From assembly GCA_951406725.2 (NCBI GenBank), contig OX597815.1:171120001-171184000 (forward strand): a DNA stretch of 64,000 nucleotides. The letters are read 5' to 3'. Numbering within the stretch: position 1 is the first letter of the stretch; each line of letters starts with the position of its first letter. Under the pieces are notes generated by a model, which was not told the origin of the DNA, did not search any database, and worked only from the letters and a program-made list of their open reading frames with translations. This document shows positions 12,020 to 24,529 of the stretch, in pieces. This stretch comes from Octopus vulgaris. Its lineage: Eukaryota. The position numbers were made by a program, and so were the translations under genes.

Positions 12020-15000
12020 GAGTGCATGTCATGAAAGTAACACTGGGGTAAAATATACAAAGCCCAGTTTACCCATCATGATTGATAATGATACACCAGA
12101 CATATGCATCACGACCATATATGCACGACATGGTGATCTCATATCAAGATAAATAGTGCATGACCTTGCAGGTGGGACCCAGTTAGAATTTTTTTTAGGT
12201 TGAGTAGCCCATCTGGCTCAAAAGGTTCATGAATAAGGGTTGCTTAAGGATGTTGAACGAAACACTCCGTCACTACTTCTACTCGGGATCTATCGTTAAC
12301 CACCAAAGGAATGCTCAACTGGTTAAGGTCAAACAGCTGACAAGCAAATCTGTGGTATGGAGCAGAATATTTGTTGTAGCCCATCTTCTATACTAAGACA
12401 AAACATGTACTACGGTGTCACCATTTCCCTACAAGTGAACTAAGGCAACACCCTTTATTTATCGAGCACCTTCCGGAGTATTCGAGCGGTTCCAAGCAGT
12501 ACTGTTTTCTGCAAGTGCACCAACCTTACTACAGCCCCTATTTGTTCCATGTACTTATCAAGATTTTTACTCACTGTTCCCAGGGCGACGAAAATTATTG
12601 GTACTACTAACACCTTTTCCATCGACCACAACTGCTTAAACGCCCAAGCTAAGCTGTCATATCTATCGACTTTTCTTTCTTTCTTATCGCATACCTTGTT
12701 GTCAGCTGGGCATCCTATATCTATGATCCAGCATAGTTTGTTTTCTTTCTAAATTAAGACTATGCCTGGTTCTCTATTCTCTATCTCATGGTCGCACTGA
12801 ATCATAAAATCTCACAGAACCTTTGCATTATCACTTTCGATTATGCCTTCGGGTTTACTGTCGTACCAATTTTCTGCTCTGTCAAGTCCATACTTGTTGC
12901 AAAGTATCCTCTGGACAAGCCTTACTATATCATCGTGGCTTCTCTTATATTTATTCTGGGCTAGCGGCGTACATTGGCTGGTAATATGCCATACTGTTTC
13001 ACCATTTTCTCCACAAATTCTGCACTTATCACTTTCTGATGTGTTGTCTATTCTGCATTTTATGTAGTTTGTTGTTAGTGCTTGCTCTTGGGTAGCATAG
13101 ATTAGAGCCTTCGTTTCTGGTTTCAAATCACTTTTAGTCATCCACAACCATCTTTTTCTCCGTCTGTCTTATCTTCAACATCCCTATGAAATTGTCCATG
13201 CATTGTTTTCTTTAACCACCTATTTTCAGTTTTATTCGTTTTCAATTGCTTGTACAGTGCTTTACCTTTGCAATCTTTCATCCTACACAAGCCTGACCTT
13301 CTTACTTCTAATAATAGCGGCTCTGTGGCATTTTTTACATGCCATGCTATGTTGTTTTCTTCTACTCTAATGCTGTGTTCGCATCCAATAAGTCACCTTC
13401 CCCCTCTTTTTCTTGTTACATACAGTCTGTCAGTGTCACTTTTTGGGTGGAGTGTTCCACATCTAGATATGAACTTCCTTGTCTTTCTGTCTAAGCTGTT
13501 TAGTTCGTCTACTGTCCATGCAATTACCTCTGCTCCATATCAAAGGAGTGAAACCACCCAGGTGGTGATACCTTCAATCTTGTTCCGTCCGTTTAATTTC
13601 AACTTAAGGATCAGTCTCAGTCTGCGCAAGTACTCCACCTTAAATTTTTCTGTCATTTCTTTCTCTATCAATTTATCCATTTCCAAAATCCCCAAGAATT
13701 TATAGCCCGTCTCTTGTATTTACTTCATAACCTCCTCCGACGGTATTGTTAGCCCGTTCATACATTTGATTTTGCGTCTCTCCAATACTAACACACCACA
13801 CTTTTCGCAGTCTGAACTCCATTCTAGTATCAGCACTGAAAGTATACACCATATCAACGAATGAACTGACTTGGGACTCATCTTTACCATAAAGTTTGAG
13901 GTTATCCATGAATAACAAACGGTTGACTTTTTGTTGGCGGTTTTTTAATACATACCTAGCTTTTGCTTTCCTCAGAAGCAGTGTTAGTGGTATGAAGCAC
14001 AGTGCAAAGATCAGTGGGGACAAGCAATCGCTTTGGAAGATGCCCCTCCAGATTTCTACTGTCCCTAAACTTCTTCCGTATGCTGTCAGGTCCGTCCTCC
14101 AAATCACTATACTTTTTCCAAGCAATCGCTCAACATTCGATGCAATACCAAATAGGTTCATACATTCCATAATCCACGAATGTGGTATCATATCGTACGC
14201 CTTAAGATAGTTCATCCATGACATGGCTAAGTTACTTTTCCTCCTCTTGCAGTCTCTAAGTACAGGTTTGTCAATCAGGAGTTGATCCTTGGTACTTCTG
14301 CACCTACACTTGCAATCCTTCTGCTCGTGTGGTAGGACTCCATTTTTTCCAGATGTTCGTACATTGACTCTGCGAGTATTCCAGTCAAGTGGCAAACAGA
14401 TCTGTAATTGCCTACCGTATTGCTTTTTCGATGTTTTTCATGCACAGCACTGTCCTACCGAATGTCAACCACTCTCGTGTAACTTGCTCGGCATTTAACA
14501 AGGTGTTGAATTGCGCAGCTATTCGTGCATGACGTTCACCAAATCTTTTGATCCAGTAGCCTTTCTCCATCTGGTCCCGGGGCCTTCCAGTTGCTCTTTT
14601 CTTTTTTGCTGATTTCCTTCACTCCCTTAGTTGAAATGACTAGGTCTACCTGTTTTGGACAGACTACTGCTTGTTTAAGTTTTTGCAACCATTCAGCATC
14701 CTTCTTGTGCTCCTTGTCTTTGCTCCAGATGTCATTCCAAAACCTTTAACTTTCATTGTTATCTGGTATCAACTTTTCATCTGTACACTCTCTTTATAGA
14801 ACCTCTTCTGATCTACTTTTTTATTAACCCTTTATTCTTTGGTCTTATCTTACCATCTTTGCAACGATGTGCTGTTTCAGTCCCTCCATTACCACTTTCA
14901 GGCTCTTTCTTTCAATATTGTACTTCCTTTTCAGTGTCCTGTATTTTTGTTCGCTTTTAAACTCCTCTTTCTAACACATAAATGTCCTTCGAGAGCATAT

Positions 15001-15490
15001 CTAACCCTGCTTGTATTATTCTTTTCCAACATGGATCTTTTCTTTTGTCACTCCCATTATATTTCTTTTCCTTGACAGCAACACCCACGTTTTCTGCTAC
15101 AACAATATTTGCTGTCTTAATCAAATTATTTGTTTCTGTGATGTTGTTTGTTCTGATGTATTTCAGAATTTCATTGACTTTTTCGTTTCTTGGTTCAATT
15201 TCCACCGAACAACCTTTTTAAGTTTGCAAATAATGTCGCTATCGTTCTCCTGTAGTTATTGCCTTTATTCTGTCATAGATTGCCTTTTGTTCATCTGTCA
15301 TGTCGCCATTAGTTTTATTGTCTTCTTTCAGATCATCTATATGTTTCTCATCAAGTAAGCTACCACTGCTACTTTCCTATGAGATTACTTTTATTAGTAA
15401 GAACTGTATTTTTATCGTTATCTCTGCTGTTATTTTCCAATACCCGTCTTTTGATAGCTTCGAGCTCTACTTCTGTGAACAAACGATCAT
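12020..15490 (-). mobile_element. R4/Dong-clade non-LTR retrotransposon (RT + CCHC + RLE), disrupted, with 3' UTR
   Basis: RT motifs 'KAYDMIPHSW', 'RGIFQSDCLSPLIF', 'LLFMDNLKLY'; 'KCRICGENGETVWHITSQC..KRSHD'; C-terminus 'LQKTVLLGTARILRKVLDK*'; 3' UTR ends in (AAT)n at ~12020. Confidence 0.92.
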
Positions 15491-15495
15491 CATAG

Positions 15496-15534
<39 letters not shown>

Positions 15535-15580
15535 GCATCAGCATCAGCAGCATCAGCAGCATTATTATTATCGTTATTAA

Positions 15581-15622
<42 letters not shown>

Positions 15623-15623
<1 letters not shown>

Positions 15624-16178
15624 GAGTGAGAGAGCAGTGCATGCGATCAAAGTGACACTGGGGTAAAATATGCAAAGCCCAATATACCCATCATGACTAT
15701 CCGTCTGATAAGGGTACACCAGGCACATGCATCACAACCATGTGTGCGCGACATGGTGATCTCATATCAAGATAAACAGCACATGACCTTGCAGGTGGGG
15801 CCCAGTTAGAATTTCCTTCTGGTTGAGTAACCCATCCCACTCAAAAGGTCCCCGAATAAGGATTGTTTAAGGATGTTGAACGAAACACCCATATTTCCAG
15901 AGGTGAATTATTCAAACCTCAAAGAATTCCTTTCAACACATGGCTATGATGCTCCTCCACTACTTCTGCTCGTGATCAGAGATGCACATATCGTCAGCCA
16001 CTAAGGGACATGCTCAACTGGTTAAATATCAAACAACTGACAAGCAAATCTGTGGTATTGAGCGGAATATTTGCTGTAGCCCATCTTTTATACCAAGACA
16101 AAACAATGTACATGATAACACTTCCAATCAGATAAGATCAGAAGCCATAAGAGCCACTGCCTGGTACTGCATCAGGGC
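15623..16178 (-). mobile_element. Non-autonomous derivative of the Dong-like element's 3' UTR, inserted in (ATT)n
   Basis: Colinear with 12020-12410; flanked on both sides by (ATT)n; has a distinct ~65-nt 5' segment. Confidence 0.88.
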
Positions 16179-16179
16179 A

Positions 16180-16248
<69 letters not shown>

Positions 16249-16284
16249 GTAAAGGCACGAGCTTATGCCAGAATTTGAAACGGT

Positions 16285-16620
16285 TAGGGAAGCAAGCCGG
16301 CAGAATCGTTAGTATGTCGGGCAAAATATTTGGCGACAAAGTTATGAGTTGAAGTTCTGCCAAGATCGACATTGCCTTTTATCCCTCTCGGGGTAAAAAA
16401 AAAAAAGAAGAAAAGAAAAACAAGTACCAGTTAAACACTTGGGTCTCTTTAATCGACTTACTCCCTTCTCCAAATTGCTGGCCTTGTGCCCAATTTAGAA
16501 AGAAATATTGTTATTATTCCAGCGCTTTATCTTCTGAGATCAAATCTGGTCTAGATTAACTTAATCTTTTATCCTTTCGAGGCCTATAAAATAAAGTACA
16601 ATCGACTAACCCCCTTCTCG
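16285..16620 (+). mobile_element. SINE family A (tail-B) followed by a second degenerate partial copy
   Basis: 'ggcagaatcgttag..tgagttgaagttctgccaagatcgacattgccttttatcc..aagtaccag..aaattgctggccttgtgcc'; core repeats at 16532-16610. Confidence 0.75.
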
Positions 16621-16647
16621 TAAACTTACTCGCCTGATACATAACAC

Positions 16648-16683
<36 letters not shown>

Positions 16684-16747
16684 TCAGAGGCAACAGCAGC
16701 AGTAGCAGCAACAGTAGCAGCAACAGTAAGCGGCAGCAACAGTAGCT

Positions 16748-16837
<90 letters not shown>

Positions 16838-17118
16838 TCAGAGGCAAGAGCAGCAGTAACACAAGGCGCAACAGTAGCAGCAGCATTAGCTGCAGCAGCA
16901 ACAGCAGCCATTCAAGAATTTGGACCCGGAGATCTCCATTTCCAGCGACTTCAAGGGCGACCTCCCAGTGGTGTCGGGCATCAATGAAGAGCCCTCGGCT
17001 ACGAGACGACCAAAGTTTTCTTTTTTTCCAAGGTCTGGGGTTTCCCGCCCCTAAGCCCTAGCCCATCACCTAATCACCCTTACCCGTCTTGTTGCTTAAC
17101 AACAACAACAGCAGCAAC

Positions 17119-17169
<51 letters not shown>

Positions 17170-17388
17170 GGTGGTGGTGGTGGTAGTGGTGGTGGTGGTG
17201 GTGGTAGTAGTAGTAGTAGTACTTTAGTGGTTGTGGTGGTGGTGGTGGTGGTAGTAGTAGTAGTAGTAGTTGTAGTGGTGGTGGTGGTGGTGGTGTGGTA
17301 GTGGTGGTGGTGGTGATGGTAGTAGTAGTAGTAGTTTAGTGGTTGTGGTGGTGGTGGTGGTAGTAGTAGTAGTTTAGTGGTTGTGGTG

Positions 17389-17435
<47 letters not shown>

Positions 17436-17457
17436 GGTGGTGGTGGGGGTGGGGGTG

Positions 17458-17516
<59 letters not shown>

Positions 17517-17522
17517 TGTAGT
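16648..17522. repeat. (GTA)n/(GCA)n/(GTG)n triplet microsatellite field
   Basis: Directly visible; source of the poly-S/V/L/T ORFs. Confidence 0.95.
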
Positions 17523-17941
17523 TTTCGTCGTGAGATCGCAGGCAATTCCCAGTGATCATGCTAACAGGTCTGTCATAGTGATCGCTGACTTACACAAAGG
17601 TAAATCACGCACTCACCGGCACACAAATACACATACTGCATACACACGGACACAGATACACACAAATACGCGAGCTAAGTGAATGAGGAAATCCTGATGA
17701 TCTAAAAACTATGTAAATGTTATCTTGTAACTGACTTAATGAATTATAATGATACCGTCACTCGGAAGTAATACACACTCGTTCACACGTTTATTCCTAT
17801 CAGTTTGTGTAAGGCTTGACATCTAAATGATGAGGCATTCGCCTGGGAAAAGTCACTAACGTGGATATATCTATGTGCGTATGTGTGTGATTGTATGTGT
17901 ATGTACAAACAAATATATATATATATACATACATACATATC

Positions 17942-18180
17942 TTTATCTTTTATCGTTTACTTGTTTCAGTCATTAGACTGCGGTCATGCTGGGGCAACGC
18001 CTTGAGGAATTTTAGTCGAAATAATTGACTCCAATACTTATTATCTCATTCAGCTTGGTTCTTATTCTATCGATGTATTTTGCCGAACTGCTAATTTACA
18101 GCGATATACACACCAACACTGGTTGTCAAGCCGTGGTGGGGGACAAACAAACATAGACATAAATACACACACACAAATAG
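17942..18180 (-). mobile_element. SINE family C, 3' half
   Basis: 'tttacttgtttcagtcattagactgcggtcatgctggggca...tttgccgaactgctaa..acaccaacactggttgtcaagc'. Confidence 0.8.
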
Positions 18181-18427
18181 ATATATACATACATTAATAC
18201 ATACTTATATATACTTACATACATACACAAGACATATACATATATATATACACATACATACATACGTATATTATATATATACATATATATATATATATAA
18301 GAGTATTGTAGTTCGCTTGAAGCATTGTGTATTGTTTGTAAAGGATAAAAAGTTTTGAATGGTACAACAATGCACTGTAATACTGACAATGGGCTATACA
18401 TGTTATAATTTAGTCATCTATAGTCTG

Positions 18428-18464
18428 ATATGATATTTCGGAATAATATTCCTTCTTCAGATAT
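18428..18464 (-). ncRNA. Minimal hammerhead ribozyme motif (extra-A variant)
   Basis: - strand: atat-CTGAAGA-A-GGAAT att ATTCC-GAAA-TA-TC-atat; all stems pair, palindromic ATAT stem III. Confidence 0.65.
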
Positions 18465-19357
18465 TCTTAGATGGAGTCGCTGCTATAATCGGTTTTCTTA
18501 CGGCTTTTCTTTTTTATGGCCGACCTCACACACTTCTCATGAGGAATTCCGGAAAGAGCATCGTAAGACCACTGCTGTGACACTTCAGCAAAATAAAAGA
18601 GAAAATAAAAACAAAATAAAAGCAAGCTAATCAGATATGAGATAATATCGATGCAAAGTAAATGAATCTGAAAAGGGCTTTGTGCTTTCTCAGAGAATAT
18701 TACCCTCAGGGGCGCTAGTGTTGGTATATTCGTAAATAAGTCACTAACCAAATAAGTAAATAGTATTTAGGAAAATACTATTTACTTGTTTAAGGGTTGT
18801 ACTAGATAAATTGCGAAGATAACAGTTGAAATACTAAGAAATAAGCATACTCAATTTCATTTTTCCCAAATTAATTTAGGAAAATGAACGGGTTATTTCC
18901 CTTGGCTATATATATAAGGATCCCTGGAAGGAATCCTTATATATATTTTAAAATAAAATATATTAGATATATATAAGGATCTCTTCCAAGGTTCCTATTA
19001 TCCATTTTCTTCAAACAATCTGAGTATCCGACCTTTTGACTGGTTTTGTTTTTAGTTTTGCTGGGTTTCTAGCAGATTTCCTCACCCCTGTTGCAGAACC
19101 GGTGCAGTCACCAACGACCCGACCATGCAAAAGCGACAACTGGATGGATGGATGTATATATGTATGAATACATATTAACTATGCAATATACACAATATTG
19201 CATTGTTAATATTGAGTCAAATATATAAATATGTATATAAATACATCATGTAAACCTGATATATATATATATATATATATATAACGGAAGCAACAGAGTG
19301 GCTCTAGGTGCAAGAGTTTTCGTGCGTTGATATATATGTATATAATGTATAGATGTG

Positions 19358-19415
<58 letters not shown>

Positions 19416-19462
19416 CAATAATAATTCTCTAAATGAGATATAGACAGTAACTGCTCCATAAC

Positions 19463-19620
19463 ATAAGGGACTAAAGCTATCTGAATATGGCTAGGGACAG
19501 GGCAGGGTGGTGGGGGTGTTAAGCCTATCTGGCGACGTTGATGTTCGCCTGGGGCTAAATGCAACAGTAACACCCCCACCACCCTGCCCTGTCCCTAGCC
19601 ATATTCAGATGGCTTTAGTC

Positions 19621-19626
<6 letters not shown>
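19463..19626. mobile_element. MITE-like foldback: 59-bp inverted arms, 46-bp loop, TA-flanked
   Basis: Arms 19463-19521 and 19568-19626 are reverse complements with one mismatch (T:G). Confidence 0.8.
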
Positions 19627-19698
<72 letters not shown>

Positions 19699-19875
19699 GG
19701 AGAAAGAGATAGAAAGAGAGAGAGAGAGATACATATTTATATACATGTATATACACACAGATATATATATGCATGCATACATATATTCATACATACATAT
19801 TCATGCATATGTATATATGTATGTATATATATATATATATATATACATACATAGATTTTTATGCATAAATATATG

Positions 19876-19934
<59 letters not shown>

Positions 19935-19974
19935 TTACCCGTACATGCATATGTATTTGCCATCATAATACAGT

Positions 19975-20242
19975 ATGAGAAACGGCGCGCGTGCGTAAGA
20001 GAGAGTCTGCGAGTGGGAATATTTACAAGTATAGAGAGTAAACGTGCGATTGCTTTGACAGTAGTATCCAATCACATTTGACAGCTCAACTACAATTGTT
20101 TATCTCTCTACTATTTTGACGCTGGTTTTTAACGCTACTGAAGCTGAAAACTCGTTTGTATGTTGCTATCGATGTAGATGCGCGTCGCGATAGATATTTG
20201 TTTGTTATATATTGTTATTGGGTGATAGAGGTATAGGAAGCG
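19975..20242 (+). promoter_or_regulatory. Candidate promoter/5' UTR
   Basis: Unique, locally CpG-rich sequence with tttgacag-CCAAT-tttgacag arrangement at ~20054-20084, directly upstream of the candidate ATG exon. Confidence 0.3.
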
Positions 20243-20303
20243 ATGAAACTGAAAGTACTATCGCTTTTTATTTGCAGTCATTTGTTTTTATTCCTGGAAC
20301 AAG
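20243..20303 (+). CDS. Candidate first coding exon encoding a signal peptide (MKLKVLSLFICSHLFLFLEQ)
   Basis: gcgATG, basic N-terminus then hydrophobic core, ends AAG|GTAGAA (phase 1 donor, typical of signal-peptide exons); followed by repeat-rich intron-like DNA. Confidence 0.4.
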
Positions 20304-20379
20304 GTAGAAAATATTTCAATAAAATCTGGTGTGTCAAGCGTTGTGATTAAAGTGTTGTGGGTTTAGCGGCGACAGTATT

Positions 20380-21292
20380 GGTGGCGGTGGTGATGGCAAT
20401 TGTGGTGGTGGTTGTTGGTTGTGACGGTGACGGTGACGGTGACGGTGACGGTGGAGATTGTGTTGATGGTTGATGGTCCTCGTGGTGGTTGGTGCTGGAG
20501 GTGGATAGTTGTGTTGGCGGTTGATGGTTGAGTTGGATAATTGTGGTTATGGTGGATGGTTGTGGTGGATGGGAGTGGTGGACGGTTGTGGTGGCGGTTG
20601 ATGTTGTGGTGGATGGTTGATGGTTGTGGTGAATGGTTGATGGTTGAAATGGATGTTTGTAGTGGATAGTTGCGGTGGGTGTTGATGGTTGTGGTGGATG
20701 GTGGTGGTGGTGGATGGTTATGGCGGCGGTTGATGTTGGGCGGTTGTGGTGGCGGTTGATGGTTGTGGTGAACGTTGTGGTGGCGGTTGATGGTTAGGGT
20801 GAACGTTGTGGTGGCGGTTGATGGTTGGTGTAGATGGGTCTGGTGGACGGTTGTGGTGGCGGTTGATGGCTGGGGCGGATGGTTGATGGTTGAAATGGAT
20901 ATTTGTAGTGGATAGTTGCGGTGGGTGTTGACGGTTGTGATGGATGGTTGTGGTGGATGGTTGTGGTGGATGGTTGTGGTGGCGGTTGATGGTGGGTGGT
21001 TGTGGAGGCGGTTGATGGTTGTGGCGGGGGCGGATGTGCAGCTGCTACTGCTGCTGCTGCTGCCGGTGGTTCTGGTGGTAATGCTGGTGCTGGTCTTGGT
21101 AAGGGTGATGGTGGTAGTGCTACTATTGGTGCTGCTGATGGTAATGATGGTAATGATGGTACTTTCTCTGCGATAGATGACGTGGTGGTGGTGGTGGTGG
21201 TGGTGGTGGCGGCGGCGGTGGTGGTGGTGGTGGTGGTGGTGGTGGTGGTGGTGGTGGTGGTGGTGGTGGTGGTGGTGGTGGTGGTGGTGGTG

Positions 21293-21328
<36 letters not shown>

Positions 21329-21420
21329 GTGGTGGTGGTGGTGGTGGTGGTGGTGGTAGTGGTGGTGATGATGGAGGTGGCAGTGATGCTGCCGGTGCTG
21401 CTGCTGGAAGTTTACTGCTG
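20380..21420. repeat. GT-rich minisatellite (gatggttgtggtggcggtt-like) and (GGT)n/(GGC)n runs
   Basis: Degenerate ~19-mer; a ~70-bp block is duplicated at 246-bp spacing (tggttgaaat at 20641 and 20887). Confidence 0.85.
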
Positions 21421-21742
21421 CTAGTGATCACGCTGCTGCTGTTCATGGTTGTGGCGTCGCTGGTAACGTCATTGTCGGCGCAGTGAAGAAATAGTTGTAG
21501 GTGTTGTCTAAGCAGTTAATTTGTCGAGGGTGTATAGTGGGTGTATAAATGATAGTGGGTGTATAGTTTAACTAGCTGATCGAGGGTGTATAGGCGTTTA
21601 AATAATTGTGGTGTGAAGTTCAGCTAGCTGATCGTGGGTGTATATGCGCTTGTGTGCATTGTGTGTGGGTATGTAGGTAATTAACTGACTGTGGGTGTAC
21701 AGGTGATTAATCTATTCAGTGTGTGTACGTGTGTGTGTGTGA

Positions 21743-21783
<41 letters not shown>

Positions 21784-21843
21784 TGTGTGTATGAGTAGAC
21801 TATAAATTGGTTATATATGTGTATGTTAGTGAATGACCTAATT

Positions 21844-21890
<47 letters not shown>

Positions 21891-21953
21891 CCTTTACACT
21901 TCAAAACTGTCTTAAGTAATTCTCATAGGTTCACACACACACAGACACACACA

Positions 21954-22042
<89 letters not shown>

Positions 22043-22069
22043 TATATATAATATATATATGTATATCTA

Positions 22070-22100
<31 letters not shown>

Positions 22101-22122
22101 ATATATATATATCTATATATAT

Positions 22123-22204
<82 letters not shown>

Positions 22205-22214
22205 ATATGTATTT

Positions 22215-22632
22215 GTATTGGCTCTGTGGAAAAAACTTCCTTCCCATCCACATGGCGCCAGGTTCAGTCCCATATCGTGGCACCTTGGGTAAGTGTATTC
22301 TACTGTATCCACAGGTCATCCAAAGCCGTGGACGAAAACTGAAAGAAGCCCGTTGTGTTTGTCCATAAATGTATGTGTGTGTGTGTGCGCGCGCGTGTGT
22401 GTTTATGTCCTTTTTTTCAGTGGTTTGTCTCCCGCCAACCACCACTTCTTGATAACCGGCACAGGTGCATTTACGTCTCCGTGACGTAGCGGGTTGGCAA
22501 AATTGACCGATGGAGTAAGTTCAAGGCTTATTAAAAAGAACTAAATACTGGGGTCGATACAATCGACTAAAAATTCTTCAAGGTGGTGCTCCAGCATGGC
22601 CGTAGTCTCATTACTGAACCAAGTAAAAGATA
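22215..22632 (+). mobile_element. SINE family C, full length
   Basis: 'tggctctgtgg..ggttcagtccc..gtggcaccttgggtaagtg..gaaactgaaagaagcccgt'(TG)n..'ggtgctccagcatggccgtagtc..aagtaaaaga'. Confidence 0.88.
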
Positions 22633-22697
22633 ATCTAGTTCATATATATAACTCTTTATTGGAATTGGATCTCAAATCACAGAAATACCATGAATAA

Positions 22698-22912
22698 TTC
22701 TTTCTAGTGTAGGTACAAGGCCTGGAATTTGTGGTGAGAGGGATATTCGATTAGTTACATCGACACTAGTACTTAACTGGTACTTAGTTCCTTAACCCCC
22801 AAAAGGATGAAAGGCAAAGTCAACTCCGGCAGAATTTGAACTCAAAATGTAAAGACGGACGACGAAGTGCTACTAAGAGTTCTGTGTGGTGTGCTAACAA
22901 TTCAGCCAGCCC
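22698..22912 (-). mobile_element. SINE family A (tail ending 'ggccttgtacctacactagaaagaatt')
   Basis: Family A core 'aaaaggatgaaaggcaaagtcaac..gaatttgaactc' with head. Confidence 0.8.
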
Positions 22913-22944
22913 ACCGAATCGTTAGGTCACTGTTCTTCATATTT

Positions 22945-23149
22945 CTTTCATGTTTCATTCATTAGACTGCAGTCATGCTGGAGCACCGCCTCGAAGAGAT
23001 TGTAATCAAATAAATCGACCCAATATTTATTTGTTAAAGCCTGGTACTTATTTTATCGGCCTTTTTGCCGAAGCGCTAGCTTACGGGGATATAAGCAAAT
23101 CAACACCGGTTGTTAAGCGGTAGAGTGGGTCACAAATATACAAACCACC

Positions 23150-23197
<48 letters not shown>

Positions 23198-23362
23198 TGT
23201 GTACAAACGGCGACGGGCTTCTTTCCATTTCCGTCTACTAAATCCACTCACAAGTCTTTGGTCTGCCCGAGGTTATAGTAGAAGACACTTGAGCGAGGTG
23301 CCATGCAGGGAGACGGAAACCGGAACCATATAGATGGGAGGCAGACTTCTTACCACTTAGCT
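22945..23362 (-). mobile_element. SINE family C, full length, with internal (TA)n
   Basis: Reverse-complement homolog of 22215-22632. Confidence 0.85.
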
Positions 23363-24143
23363 GTTTTATTCCTTAAAGCAGTTTGATTCGTCCCTCAACT
23401 CTTGTGGGCTCGTCACAGTAATCTAGCTCATCGAGCTCAGACGACTTAATATAGAGCTGTAAGAAGTCTAGGAAGGATATTAAAGCGGCTCATATGGTGT
23501 TGTTGGAATTAGTGACATCAAATCCATCTGAATTCTTGGACCACGTGGCTGGATACGAAGCTGGTGGTGCCTCTCTGTCTAGATGGTATTCAAAGGAGCT
23601 TGAGCGACAACGGCAGCCGGCGACGGTGTGTGTACGTGTGCGTGCGTGTGGCGTGTGTGTGTATGTGTGTGTGTGTGTGTGTACCTGCTGCTTGAATGCG
23701 TAGATGTATGTTTCTGTTTAGGTGTGTTTGTAGGGTGGGAGTGCATGTGCGTGGGGTTCTGGTTTCCTCAGCTTGATAGTGTGTGTGTGTACGTGTGTTC
23801 TCATGAGTGCTGATGCGTATCAGCTGTATGTACATGCCTGTGTGCACGTAAATGAGCTGTGAATAATCTGATGCGTGTATCAAGTGCGTGGGAGTGATGT
23901 GGGTGTGCGCACGAATAGGTATGCGTTAGTACCTGTCGTACGCACGAGTGTGCGAGTGCGTAGTTGAGATAAATGTATGGTTGTGTGTGCGTATGAGTAC
24001 CTGATATAGGTGAGTATGCACATTTCTGTATTTATATATGTATGAATGGATGTGTGCGGGTTTGTCTGGTTTGAGGGTGTGCGGGTGTTTACATCTAGTG
24101 TATGTGTGTACATATGCATGCCGCTGATATTTATGTGTGTGTG

Positions 24144-24181
<38 letters not shown>

Positions 24182-24529
24182 GGAGCGAGAGAGAGTACGG
24201 CTGGAGTAAGTGTGCATATAGAATTGGAATGTGGATATGTATGTGGACCGTTATACTGGTGGGCTGATCTGGTACAACGCGGTAGCAGCAGCGTCGTCGG
24301 GTTGGCGGTAACCGAATTTGTCGTTGAATTGAGATTGGTAGTGTGAGATAGAGAAAGAGAGGGAAATCATACATACATAGATATACGTGAATGTGGGTGC
24401 GTGTATGAAGACGATCGTAGGAGGTTATATAGAATATGCAAAATGTTGGAAAGATGACAGTCTGTAGTCCATGCAAGCAACAGTAGTTAGACACCCTGCC
24501 CTTGGTTGTAGAGTGGTCAGTGTTAAGGT

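Noticed and set aside
16110-16178. HDV-like ribozyme at the 5' end of the Dong-derived element
   Set aside because: Could not build P1/P3/P1.1 or find the L3 and J4/2 consensus by eye.
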